From the IMG/VR virus record IMGVR_UViG_3300036790_000345: DNA of 20,000 nucleotides; one strand, given 5' to 3'. Source of the stretch: an uncultured virus (IMG/VR IMGVR_UViG_3300036790_000345) (Duplodnaviria > Heunggongvirae > Uroviricota > Caudoviricetes). Numbering within the stretch: the stretch's first letter is position 1; each line of letters starts with the position of its first letter. A program made the position numbers and the translations under genes. The notes below the pieces were generated by a model that was given only the letters and a program-made list of their open reading frames with translations, did no database searches and was not told where the DNA came from. Positions 6,079-16,300 of the stretch are shown here, in pieces.

Positions 6079-7680
6079 CTAGACGGGGATGCCGGAGTGC
6101 CCCGGCCCCTGCCATGGCGGTTCCCAGGCGGGGAACACCCGGGCATGGCAGTCCTGCCCGTCCTCGCCGCGCCATGCCACCACCGAGAGGATCAGGCCGG
6201 CCAGCGCGTTCCGGGCCCGGTCCGGGCGCATGGTGTCCCACTCGTCCAGCAGTGTGCGGATGACCGGGTGCACGTCGGGTGCCATGCCGCCGGCCCGCTG
6301 CTGCTCGCGGGCCAGCAAGGTGACGATCCGCTCCCGCTCGGCGAGCAGCTCGGCTCTCGCCCCGGCCCATGCCCGCGCGGGGACGTCCTCCTCGCGTGCC
6401 TGCCGGGCCAGGAGCCGGGCCAGTTCCCGGTCCTTCTTCGCGAGCTCGGCCTCCAGCTGCCCGGCGCTGGCCCGCGCGGCGGAGACCGCCGCCCCGGCCG
6501 CGGCCAGCCCCTGCTCGCCGGCGAGGCGGATGTCCTCGGCGGCGAGCCACGCCAGGACGGCGCCGAGGACGGCGTCGTAGCGGACGCCCCGCCCTCGCGA
6601 GGGACAGTCCTTGTACCGGTCCCAGCGGGAGCACCGCGCCAGCGTCCGTGCCGTGCCGTGCGAGATCTTCAGGACGGCCTTCGCCCCGCAGTGCCCGCAT
6701 TGCAGGAGGCCGGTCAGCGCGTAGCGGGGCGCGCGGGAGCGCGGCGGGGTGGCGCTGACCGCGGCGCGCCGGCGCAGGTACGCCTGCCATTCGGGGGGGC
6801 TGATGACAGGCTCGTGGGCGCCGGCGAGCAGGACCGTGCGTGAGCAGCGGGCCGCCTTGCCGCAGCCGCACGCCGGGTCGTGGACGCGCAGGTACCCGGC
6901 GCCGAACCCGGAGTCGAGGGTGCGCCGGACAAGGTAGGGCGCCCACCTGGTGCCGCGGGTGTTGCGGATCCCCGCGTCGTTGAGCACGGCCGCGATGACG
7001 GCCGGCTGGTCGCCCCGGATGTAGGAGAGGTACATCTCGCGCAGCACCGGCCCGGTCAGCGGGTCGTGCTCGTACCGCTCGCCGGCCGGGTCGGCGGTGT
7101 CGCGGCGGGTGCGGCGCGGGTTCTCGGGATCGGGAACCCGGCCCTTGCGCTCGTAGCCGAACCGGGGCCGGGCCGAGCCGGGCAGGCCCGCGTCGTGGCG
7201 GTGCCGGTGCGCTTCTTTCCACTGCTCGCCGGCCCGGTTGGACTCGAATACGGCGATGTCGAAGAGCATCGAGCGGGTCAGCTGGCCGACCGCGGTCCGG
7301 GCGTCGACGTCCTCGGTGGCGGAGATGAGCTGGCCGCCGGCGTCCTCGACGCGGCCCAGGTTCTCGGCTATGCCGCGGGCGTCGCGGCCGAACCGGCTGT
7401 ACTTCCAGACGATGATCTCGCGGGCTTCCCCGGCTTCGACGCGCTCGATCACCTTCATGATCTTGCGCTTGAAGTTCCTGCCCGTCGCGTCGAGGTCGGT
7501 GACCCAGTCGACGATCCGCCGGCCGTGGACGCGGGCCCAGTTCAGCCCCGCGGCCTTCTGGACTTCAGGGGAGATCGCCTCCTCGCGCCACATCGAGACG
7601 CGTATGTAGCCGATGGCGGGGACCAGGTCCGGGAAGGTAATATCCTGCGCTGTTTCGCGCGTCTTATCCTTGCCGGCCAC
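6079..7680 (-). CDS. Large serine recombinase (phage integrase), about 533 aa
   Basis: GYIRVS catalytic Ser motif, WKYSRFGRD, recombinase domain (PRFGY...LNDAGIRNTRGTRW...GAHEPVIS), zinc ribbon (LTGLLQCGHCG...RC...C) and coiled coil. Start taken as GTG 7680; the ORF-track extension to 8169 is probably spurious. Confidence 0.93.
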   Translation of the reverse strand: MAGKDKTRETAQDITFPDLVPAIGYIRVSMWREEAISPEVQKAAGLNWARVHGRRIVDWVTDLDATGRNFKRKIMKVIERVEAGEAREIIVWKYSRFGRDARGIAENLGRVEDAGGQLISATEDVDARTAVGQLTRSMLFDIAVFESNRAGEQWKEAHRHRHDAGLPGSARPRFGYERKGRVPDPENPRRTRRDTADPAGERYEHDPLTGPVLREMYLSYIRGDQPAVIAAVLNDAGIRNTRGTRWAPYLVRRTLDSGFGAGYLRVHDPACGCGKAARCSRTVLLAGAHEPVISPPEWQAYLRRRAAVSATPPRSRAPRYALTGLLQCGHCGAKAVLKISHGTARTLARCSRWDRYKDCPSRGRGVRYDAVLGAVLAWLAAEDIRLAGEQGLAAAGAAVSAARASAGQLEAELAKKDRELARLLARQAREEDVPARAWAGARAELLAERERIVTLLAREQQRAGGMAPDVHPVIRTLLDEWDTMRPDRARNALAGLILSVVAWRGEDGQDCHARVFPAWEPPWQGPGHSGIPV

Positions 7681-7693
7681 GAACCCAGAGTAT

Positions 7694-7739
7694 CGTCTGT
7701 TTGGGAACGTTGTCGAACGACAACGTTCCCAAACAGACG
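7694..7739. repeat. Perfect 22-bp inverted repeat with central AA; candidate attP of the serine integrase
   Basis: CGTCTGTTTGGGAACGTTGTCG-AA-CGACAACGTTCCCAAACAGACG, 13 nt upstream of the integrase start. The palindrome is directly seen; the attP role is inferred. Confidence 0.7.
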
Positions 7740-7770
7740 GCCCGCGAATGTGCGCCCGAGGGGGGATCCG

Positions 7771-8001
7771 ATGACCACCACTGCCCTGCCGTTCATCTGC
7801 GCGAACGGCCTTACCCGCGCCCAGCGCGCCGGCCGGGCCTGCGCCTTGCCGGACTGCCGCCGCCGCTTCCGCCTCAGCACCTCGTCCTCGCCGCGGGTTA
7901 TCGGCGTCACCACGGGAGGTCGGCCGGTCTGCGCGTGCGCGGACCACGACCTGGCCCTGGTGCTGGAGGCCGTGCCGCTGATCTACGGGGCTGCCCTGTG
8001 A
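7771..8001 (+). CDS. Small Cys/His-containing hypothetical protein (76 aa)
   Basis: ATG 7771 follows GAGGGGG. Contains CALPDC...VCACADH. Divergent from the integrase. Confidence 0.55.
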   Translation: MTTTALPFICANGLTRAQRAGRACALPDCRRRFRLSTSSSPRVIGVTTGGRPVCACADHDLALVLEAVPLIYGAAL

Positions 8002-8183
8002 AACCGGGCACCAGCGAGGGCGGTTTCGCTGCCCGTCAGCGGGCCGGCCTTGACGTGCTCCGCGCCCTGTCCGCCGCGCAGGCGCTCGAGCGTTTCGCGT
8101 CCGCGGACACGGATCTCCTGAACGTCCCGCGCCCGGGTTATCCCGGGCGCGGGCGGCACACAAGATCAACGAAAGGAACCATT

Positions 8184-8975
8184 GTGCGCAAGCTAATTCT
8201 GACCGCTATCACCGGAGCTTTCACGACGGGCCTCGTCCTGCTCGGCATGATGCCCGCCGGGGCGGCGGTCACGCACCCGAAACCGCAGCTGCGGTTCGCC
8301 GCGTCCGCCGCCCCGCCCGTCGCGAAGACGCACACCATGACCACGAAGATCTACCTGAACCCGGACTCCGGCGACGCCGGCAACACGTGGGCTCTCGACA
8401 CCTTCGTGCGCGTGGTCACCATCACCCGCTCCGGCGGGAAGCGCGGCTACGAGTACGCCGGCGGCAAGTGGCAGCCCTACCCGGTGAGCGACTGCGGCGG
8501 CGGCATCCGCTGCTACCACTACACGTTCACCATCGAAGACACCGGCCGCGCCGCCGTCATCGCCGGCCAGCAGTCCCCGGGCAAGTCCCAGGGCGAGTTC
8601 GTGAACCTGGACGTGGCCGAGAACGCGCAGATGGGCGGCGGCACCAGTGACGGCCAGTTCTTCTCGTCCTACAAGAACGAGTACGCGAAATACTTCCCGG
8701 TGAGCATGGACGAGAACGGCGTCCCCGCAACCGGGAACTACACCACGGGCAACTGGGTGATGCTCGGCCAGCCCGGCGCCCACTTCCAGGACGTCAGCCT
8801 CGGTGCCAGCGCCGGGTGGACGTACATCGTGCCCGCGGGCCGGGACGCCCGGTGCCCCGCCTACAAGGGCACGTGGATCGACTCGTTCGCCGACGGATGG
8901 GGCGTGAACCCGGACTCGGGGAACGTCCTGGCGCCTAACGCGGCCGACTGCGCAGCCCAGTCGGGCACCGGCTGA
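8184..8975 (+). CDS. Secreted hypothetical protein (about 263 aa)
   Basis: GTG 8184 follows an AAAGGA RBS. Signal peptide (M)RKLILTAITGAFTTGLVLLGMMPAGA-A; the mature part is Gly/Thr/aromatic-rich with 4 Cys. Confidence 0.75.
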   Translation: MRKLILTAITGAFTTGLVLLGMMPAGAAVTHPKPQLRFAASAAPPVAKTHTMTTKIYLNPDSGDAGNTWALDTFVRVVTITRSGGKRGYEYAGGKWQPYPVSDCGGGIRCYHYTFTIEDTGRAAVIAGQQSPGKSQGEFVNLDVAENAQMGGGTSDGQFFSSYKNEYAKYFPVSMDENGVPATGNYTTGNWVMLGQPGAHFQDVSLGASAGWTYIVPAGRDARCPAYKGTWIDSFADGWGVNPDSGNVLAPNAADCAAQSGTG

Positions 8976-8981
8976 CAGCCG

Positions 8982-9028
8982 TCCCGGGCGCGGCGGCGGG
9001 ACCTAACGATGTGCCGCCGCGCCCGGGA
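8982..9028 (+). terminator. GC-rich stem-loop after the secreted protein gene
   Basis: Perfect 16-bp stem TCCCGGGCGCGGCGGC / GCCGCCGCGCCCGGGA with a 15-nt loop, 6 nt after the stop. Confidence 0.6.
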
Positions 9029-9053
9029 TTCCCGCCCGGGGAAGGGAAACCGC

Positions 9054-9233
9054 GTGACATCGCTGCGTGTCCTGCTGGCGCGCTTGTTCTCGCCCGCGGA
9101 CTGGAAGGTCAGCCGCATCGCCAGCCTGAACCGGTGTGACCAGTGCGGGTCAGGCGAGCGGGCCAGTTTCCGCGGCGTGCCCGTCTGCGGCCGGTGCGGG
9201 GCGCTGTGGCGGGAAAGGCAAGGTGCCCGGTGA
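9054..9233 (+). CDS. Small zinc-finger-like protein
   Basis: GTG 9054 follows GAAGGGA. Contains CDQC...CGRC. GTGA overlap with the next gene. Confidence 0.55.
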   Translation: MTSLRVLLARLFSPADWKVSRIASLNRCDQCGSGERASFRGVPVCGRCGALWRERQGAR

Positions 9234-9340
9234 TCGCCGTCATGTGGTGCGCCGCGGTGGTGCTGCTCGTCGCTGTGGTCATCATCGCCGCGCTGGCGCG
9301 GCTCATTGCCCGGTACATCCGGTACGCACTGGCATCATGA
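9230..9340 (+). CDS. Small single-pass membrane peptide
   Basis: (M)IAVMWCAAVVLLVAVVIIAALARLIARYIRYALAS; coupled by a GTGA overlap. Confidence 0.45.
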   Translation: MIAVMWCAAVVLLVAVVIIAALARLIARYIRYALAS

Positions 9341-9387
9341 GATTGACCCCGGGACTTCCCGGGCGCCGCCGGGCTTCCTCCTTTCAC

Positions 9388-10709
9388 CAAAACCCCCCGG
9401 AGGATGCCTCGGCCTTCAGGCCGGGGAGGAATCCGGTGCCCGCGCGCAGCGCGGCGTTGTGGTCTTTACAGTCCATCGCACTATCCTGTAAGGGTGCGGA
9501 CGGCGTACCGGTGCCGGGCCTATCCCGACGCAGACCAGCAGGTCATGCTGGCCCGCACGTTCGGATGCGTCCGCGTCGTGTGGAACCGCACCCTCGCCGC
9601 CCGCCACGCCCGCTACGCCGCCGAGCGCAAGGGCACGTCCTATGCGGAAACCGACAGGGCGCTGACCGCGATGAAGAAAGACCCGGACCTGACGTGGCTG
9701 AACGAGGTGTCCTCGGTCCCGCTGCAGCAGGTCCTGCGCCACCAGCACGCCGCTTTCCAGGCATTCTTCGGCAAGCGCGCCCGCTACCCCCGGTTCCGCT
9801 CCCGGCGCGGCAAGCAGTCGGCGCACTTCACCCGGTCGGCGTTCACCCTGCGCGGCGGCGTGCTGCGGCTCGCCAAGACCGCCGCGCCGCTGCCGTTCGC
9901 ATGGTCGTGGCCGGATGCGGACTTGGCCGCGCTCGAACCACTCATGGTCATCGTCTCTCGCGAACCAGACGGCCGCTGGTACGTGACTTTTACCGCCGAT
10001 GTCGCTGCGCTTGAGCCGCCGCCGGAAACAGGGCGCGCCGCAGGCGTGGACCTGGGCGTGAAGGACTTCGCGGTGACCAGCGACGGCCAGAAGATCGCGA
10101 ACCCTCGGCTGCTGGAGCGCAAGGCCCGGAACCTGGCTCGCTACCAGCGGCGGCTCGCCCGCTGCCAGCGCGGCTCCGCGAACCGGGTGAAGGCGAAGAT
10201 GAAGGTCGCCCGCGCCCACCGCAAAGTGCGCCACGCCCGGCAGGACTTCTTGCACCGGGCCAGCGCCAGCCTGGTCCGCGATAATGATGTGATCGTGATC
10301 GAGGATCTCGCCGTGCGCAACATGGTCCGCAACCGGTCGCTGGCCCGTGTCATTTCCGACTGCGGGTGGGGCGAGTTCCGCCGCCAGCTGGAGTACAAGT
10401 GCGAGCGATACGGTCGCACGCTGGTCGTCATCGACCGCTGGTACCCGTCCAGCAAGACCTGCTCGGCGTGCGGGCACCTGCTCGCCGAGCTGAGCCTTTC
10501 CACCCGGACGTGGCGCTGCCCGTCCTGCGGCACCCGGCACGACCGGGACCACAACGCCGCGAAGAACATCCTGGCCGCTGGTCAAGCGGTTACTGCCTGC
10601 GGAGTTGATGTCAGCCATTCCGGGACCTCCCGGGTGCAGTCGGCCGTGAAACAGGAACCCTGGCCGGTGACGGCCGGAATCTCCGTCCTTCAGGGCGGGG
10701 AGTAGTCAA
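9388..10709 (+). mobile_element. IS200/IS605-family element, TnpB-only (IS1341-type)
   Basis: Left end TCAC|CAAAAC followed by GATG and hairpin CCTCGGCCTTCAGGCCGGGG. Right end has GAAT and hairpin CTCCGTCCTTCAGGGCGGGG ending in TCAA (10706-10709). No tnpA between the ends. Confidence 0.82.
9494..10705 (+). CDS. tnpB: RNA-guided endonuclease TnpB
   Basis: N-terminal AYRCRAYP...LARTFGCVRVVWN, RuvC GVDLG / VIEDL / DRDHNAAKNI, and zinc finger CSACG...CPSCG. GTG 9494 lies 6 nt after TATCCT, a possible leaderless start. Confidence 0.95.
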   Translation: MRTAYRCRAYPDADQQVMLARTFGCVRVVWNRTLAARHARYAAERKGTSYAETDRALTAMKKDPDLTWLNEVSSVPLQQVLRHQHAAFQAFFGKRARYPRFRSRRGKQSAHFTRSAFTLRGGVLRLAKTAAPLPFAWSWPDADLAALEPLMVIVSREPDGRWYVTFTADVAALEPPPETGRAAGVDLGVKDFAVTSDGQKIANPRLLERKARNLARYQRRLARCQRGSANRVKAKMKVARAHRKVRHARQDFLHRASASLVRDNDVIVIEDLAVRNMVRNRSLARVISDCGWGEFRRQLEYKCERYGRTLVVIDRWYPSSKTCSACGHLLAELSLSTRTWRCPSCGTRHDRDHNAAKNILAAGQAVTACGVDVSHSGTSRVQSAVKQEPWPVTAGISVLQGGE

Positions 10710-10806
10710 CGGTTACAACAGCCCGCCTGCTCAGCCGGAATGGTCATGGACGGTGAAGGCGGGATCGGCGCCCGGGATCAAACCTCAGCGAAAGGGAAAC
10801 GGCAGC

Positions 10807-13390
10807 ATGAGCGAGACAGCAGCCGAGGGCATTACCGTGTTCGGCCTGCCAGCCGACGCTGTCACCGACGGACTCAAGGCCTGGCATGCGGCGCAGCCGG
10901 ACCCGGTCGCCGCCACCGTGGCCGAAGTGCATGTCATCGCTGCGATCAAGGCCGCCGCGCCGCACATCGCCGTCGCCGAGCGGGAGCGCATCTACGATCT
11001 GCTGGGCCACGACCACGTCGTGATCTTCACCGAGGACCATTGGAGTGTAGAGCACTCCGTCGAGTGCAGGCTCAGCGGTCACATGCACGAATGCGACTAC
11101 CACGGGGCCGTCGCGCGCATCGCCGCTGAGTTCGATCCGGACATGGCAGGCCGGTGGCGCATCGACGAGATCGACGGGGAGGGGCTGCCAGTCCTGTCCC
11201 GCGCCGAGGAAACCGGAGGTGCCCGATGACCGGCATTGAGACCGCTGCCCGCTCGGCGATCACCACGCTCCTGCAACGTGTCCGTACCGAGGCACCGGAA
11301 ATGTGGGTAGCCGAGGCGGTAGAACGGATCACCGCTGCCGCTGGCGATGCTGCTCTCGTGCCGGACGGGATGGTGACGGCGGACGGACCTGAAGCGGCCG
11401 CCGCGCTGGCCGGGCTGCAAGAGCGCGCCGAAGAGATGAAGGCGCTGGCCACCGAGATGGCGGGCGGCTTCAAGCGGGGCGGCAACGGTTACAGTCAGCG
11501 GGTCAGCGTCGCGACCTATGAGGGCTGGCAGGTAAGGCTGCGCAGGTCACTGGAGGAGTAGGAATGAACTACCGCGAGAGCCCGGCCGACATCGACTTCG
11601 CGGCTCTGACGCAGGCGTACATCGCCGCCGCCCGGCTGCCGGCGCCCGCGCGAGCACGGCTCTGGTATCTGCGCCGCCTGGTGTTCCCGGCGGGCCGCTT
11701 CCTGTACTGCTACGGCTACCGGTCGGCTGCCGTCACATTCTGCCGACGCGCGGCGCTGATGGTGCGATGAGCGCGGCAAGCGGTCTATTCGCCACCCGGG
11801 ACGGTGCGTGGCTTGACGCACAGGATTTCAGTGGCGTCATGGAAGCCCGCGAACTGCTTGACGATGGTCGCTGCTCGCCACCGTGCTTGCTCGCCCGTGA
11901 GCCCGGAACCGAATGTACCTGCCGCTGTCACGGGGAGTTTCATGGTGTGCTAGCCACGGCCCTTGTCCCGGCTACACCCAAAGCACCCTGGTACGCCCGT
12001 CACTGCGGCTGGGCCCAGTGCCTTCTTGACGACTCGGTGCCGGTAGTGGGCGACGTCCGGGGGTTCAATCGTCTCTATCGCGCTGCCAGGCGCGCGCACG
12101 TGCCCTTCGCTGCCGTCTGGCACCTCGGGAGGGCGTGGGACATGTACTTTGACCCCGAGACGGAGGAACATGACAGCGAACTTACCGATGATGCGGCCGA
12201 GCTGTTCGAGCAGATCGCGGGGGCGCTGCTACGCGCCCGCCGCATGGTCAGCGCAATCGCGTCCCCGCACGGCCTGAACGCTTACGGCGTCCGCAGTAGG
12301 ACTGAAGCCCAGGTTCTCGGGTTTATCGCTCGTGAGTTGTTCTGCTCCAACCATGATGGAGCGCGCTCCTGTCTGGTCGCACTCTACGAGGATGGATTCG
12401 GCCCGGTCCAGAGCGTGTGGGGCGAACCGTGAGCGCCCACGAAGCAACCGTTGAGGTTCTGACGGCCGAGGTCCGTGTCCTGATGGTCGGGTCACGGCAG
12501 GTGACACTTAGTGTCTATGGTCAACTCGATGAGGTATCTCCTGCCCAGATCCGGCCGTTTGGCCGTGTAGCACCGCGTGACGCCCTGCCGGGGCACTGGA
12601 ACTGGCCGACAGACGATGAGTTCCAGTCGTCGACCAAGCCCGAAGTGAGGGACGGAAAAGAGACGGCCCGAGTCTGGTGGCAAGACGCCGCCATTGACCA
12701 CCGCTGGCAAGCACTGCCCGACGTGCACATGCGCGGGCGCGACTGAAGCAGAGTTCAAGGTGCTACTACGTTCGGTCAACTGGATGTCCCTCGGGGATAG
12801 TCCTCAGCTCATGCCTGACCTGATGATCGCGGCCACGCCTGCGCAGCGGAAGGAAATGGGCTTCCGCTGGGACGGGAACAAGGCGGTGTTCCCGAGCTGG
12901 TGGCCGCCATCGGCCGAGGCGCTAGAGAAGTACCTGGAGACACCATGACCCACACCAATGCCGACGGGCAGGCAACTGCCACGGACTTCTGCACCTGGAA
13001 ACCGCCCGTTGACTGGCTGGTGGCCAATTGCCCGGAATGCGATCACCCGGACATAGCTCACCTGCGCGGGCCGTGCTGCATCGTCTGCGCGGTCCGCGAC
13101 GGTTACCTCGTCCGCGCGGACGGGACACTCGTGGAGAACTCGCCCGGGTCGACGCTGTGATCCGCGTCCAGATCGCAGAGGGCTTCGCGTTCGGCTTCGG
13201 CGTCGCCATCCTCATCGCGGACCGCCCCGGCGAGAACGCGGCAGGGATGCCCTACCGCGCGCTGCACTTCGGCGAGGGCGGCAGCCGGGAGTGGGAGCAT
13301 GTCACCGACGACAACGAGCGCGGCCGCGTCGACCGGCTAACCGGCCTGCTCGGCGACACCCTGACGGCGCTGGTGGCCGCCGATGGCTGA
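10807..13390 (+). other. Run of small coupled hypothetical phage genes (10807-11229, 11226-11561, 11564-11770, 11767-12432, 12429-12746, ~12694-12948, 12945-13160, 13157-13390)
   Basis: Repeated ATGA/GTGA start-stop overlaps and GGAGG-type RBSs. Several Cys/His motifs (HSVECR...ECDYH; CTCRCHGEFHG; CPECDH...H...CCIVC). No function recognised. Confidence 0.65.
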
Positions 13391-16300
13391 GCTTCGCAAC
13401 GAGATTCCCGGCTGGGAAGGATCGGACCTGGATGATATGCGATCGTTGTGGCACATCACCGGCCTGCAGCGTCAACTGCCTGTGCGCCTGCTGTGCCGGC
13501 GTCGGCCGCCAGGCGGAGCCGGTGCAACCATGAGCGCGCCGTCACCAGCCGAGCTCTGGCACGAGGCAGGTGGCGACCCGGAGCGCTACCGCGAGCTGAT
13601 GCGCGAGCACGGCTGCATCGTGCCCTGCGAATGCGCCTGCCACGCCGACGGCTCCGGACACTGCGAGCAGTGCAAGCCCCGGCTGCCGTGCGGTTGGTCA
13701 CCCGGCACGGAGAAGCGCCGATGAGGCTCTGGCGCCGCAAGCCGAAATGGTCACATCCGTGCCCGTCCTGCAACCGTATGGGCCGGGTGGCGCTGCATGC
13801 CGGCCAGCATGTCCCGCGCAACGCGCCGGTCCCGCCGCGAAGCACGGGACTACCGGATCCGCCGCCACCGGGCAGAATGCGTCCATGACAGATTCCCCGA
13901 TCTTCGCCGGGCTGGAGCGTGAAGCCGGCCACATCCGCGACGAGGCAGAGCAGGAAGCAAGACGGCTCGCCCACCGGGTTTCGGACAGGTTCCGCCACCA
14001 CGGCTATCCTGACCGCAATACCCCTGCGCCCGTCCCGGAGGAGTCCCCCGTGAGCCTGATCACCGAAGTCAAGACCGGACTGCACGACATCATCGCCAAG
14101 CTCGAGCAGGTCGACGAGGCCGCGGCCGCCAAGCTTGAGTCCGCGCAGGCCAACCCGGGCATCATGAAGCTCGTCGATGCCGGCCTTGCCGCAGTCCACG
14201 TGCCGCCGCAAGCGTTCGACCTCGCTGTCTCTGCCGTCGAGGGCCTGGAGAAGCTCTACAACCCGGCTCAGGAGGCCGCCGCGCCCGCCGAAGCTGCTCC
14301 CGCAGCCGCTGACGGGGCAACTCCCGAGGCCGGGACCGTGGCGGACGAGCCCGCAGCTCAGCCGGCCGCCTGATGGCTACTGCACCGCCTCGCCGGGCGG
14401 AGCCGGTGCCGTTCCTGGACGCGCACATCGTGCCGGTGGAGAAGGCGATGCGGCGGAAACTGGCCGCGCAAGTCGCTGAGAAGCCGGGCTGGACGCTGCT
14501 GGACGGCCGGGAAGAGCGTCACGTCCTGTACGAGCGCACCGTGGACGACCCCGGGTACCTGTTCCGGCGCGTTGCCGAATGTGCCGAGAGCGAGGCTGAG
14601 TTCGTCAGGCTGCGGCTGTCGTGCTGGGTGGCCGGGCAATGAGGATCCGCCGGAAGCAAGCCGCGCAGGCACCCGAGGGTGTCCGTGTCCGGCGCGCTGA
14701 CGGCACGATCGTGGAGTGCGACGTGCTCCGCGACCCGGACCAGGACCGCGACGGCTGCGCGATGTGGATCGCGGTCCCGCGCGAGCCGCTCGACATCAAT
14801 ACCGGCGCGTTCGCCTTGCTCGCGGACGTGCTGCCCGGCAAGACGATACTCAGATGCTGCACTGGAAGCGGTGACCGGTGAGCGACGACCGGCACGACCG
14901 CATCATGACGGTGATCATCCTCATCTTCGCCGCGCTCCTGGCCGCCATGGTGCTCGCTGCCCTGTTCGCGCCCCAGTGCTCGGTCACGGTGGTCAGCAAC
15001 TCGGGCCGCGTGATCACGGCAGCATGCCCGGCACCGCTATGACCGCCGATCCCGCTGCCTCGCCCTTGTCGCTGCGATCTCACCTCCGCGACCTGCAGGC
15101 CGTACTGGACGAGACCGCCGCGGCTCACTACGCCCACCGACTCGGCCACGGGTGCCGGGAAGGGACCTGCGCCGAAGGGAAGCAGCTGGCCGGGGCGGTC
15201 AGCGAGGCGCAGTCCGCCCTGTCGGTGACCCGCTTTCTGAACGAGGAGACAGACCGATGACCTTCATGGCTCACATGTCCGGCGGCGGCAAGAAGATCGT
15301 GGTCCGTACGACCTACGGGCCGGTCACGATTGAGGTAGAAGAGGACCCGGGTCACGTTCGCTCCTTCTGGGGCGAGCTGGGCAGGCTGCTCCGCGAGATC
15401 GAGCACGGCCCTGACGCTCCTGAGCCGGCACGGACGGCTTTCGCTGCGTACTGCGAGTCCACGGGCGGCCTGAACGTCCGCGGCGAGCAGGTGCCGCCGT
15501 GGGAGGAGCTCGGCGAGCCGGTACAGGAAGCGTGGCGGGCCGCGGCACGGAACCTGACCGGCTGAGACCGAATCCCCTGCTAGCGACCTACACGACATAG
15601 GAGGCTGCAATGGGTCACTGGACGATGCACATCGAGGGCGGCGGCGCCCACGACAACGGCGGCAACTACGACGCTGATGCGATGCTCCGCGTGTTCGCGG
15701 GCAAGCTCGCCGACGCCGGGCACCAGGTCCACTCGGCGACGATCACAACCGGGAGCACCCGGGAACTGCTGAACGCCGACGACAGCACGCCGCTGGCCGC
15801 CCACGCGGGCACGTCGTCCCCGCGCCCGCTGAAGTACCGGGACCGGGCTCACTGAACGGCAGTCAGGCCCGGCGGCCCGTGACCCTGTTCGGCTGCCCGA
15901 ACAGCCCGCCGTGCCCGCATGGCAGCTTCGTGCACGACATTGAGGACTACGGCGACCCGGTTCCTCGCTGCTGCGCGGAGGGCTGCGGCTGCGGGCAGCG
16001 GGAGCGGCAGTACTGCGGGTGCCTCGTCGCCTGTGACATCGTGGTCCGCGAGTGCGGGGAGCATTTCGTTCAACTCCGGTGGCGGCTAGACGAGATCCGT
16101 AACGTCATGGATTCCGGTCCGCCCGCCACGGTCGGCGCAGACCACTACAGCCGCGAGGGTCCCGGTCATGCCGGATGACATGCTCGGCCGCATCAACGCG
16201 GCACTGGAGGACTGGGAACACGGCCCGGACGCGGCGCGCTGGCGGCCGGGCGGCACCCTGGGCTGGCCGGCGGATCTCTCGCTACCCGAAGGCACAGAGT

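Noticed and set aside
7694..7739. Palindrome as a protelomerase tel site
   Set aside because: The centre is an asymmetric AA, no protelomerase was recognised, and adjacency to a serine integrase favours attP.
7681..8183. N-terminal extensions of the 696-aa integrase ORF and the 424-aa + strand ORF
   Set aside because: They run through the palindrome and overlap opposite-strand genes. The catalytic motif and the RBS plus signal peptide support starts at 7680 and 8184.
9416..10618. Long antisense ORFs (e.g. 400 aa opposite tnpB, 335 aa opposite cas12m, 373 aa opposite the integrase)
   Set aside because: These are shadow ORFs typical of high-GC DNA, lying opposite clearly recognisable genes.
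10987..11024. Possible self-target of spacer 4 (CGGATCTACGACGTGCT... versus CGCATCTACGATCTGCT...)
   Set aside because: Only about 23/38 identity (14 of the first 17) and the 5' flank is GAG rather than T-rich, so it is probably chance in high-GC coding DNA. I saw no convincing self-target in the window by eye; an alignment should confirm.
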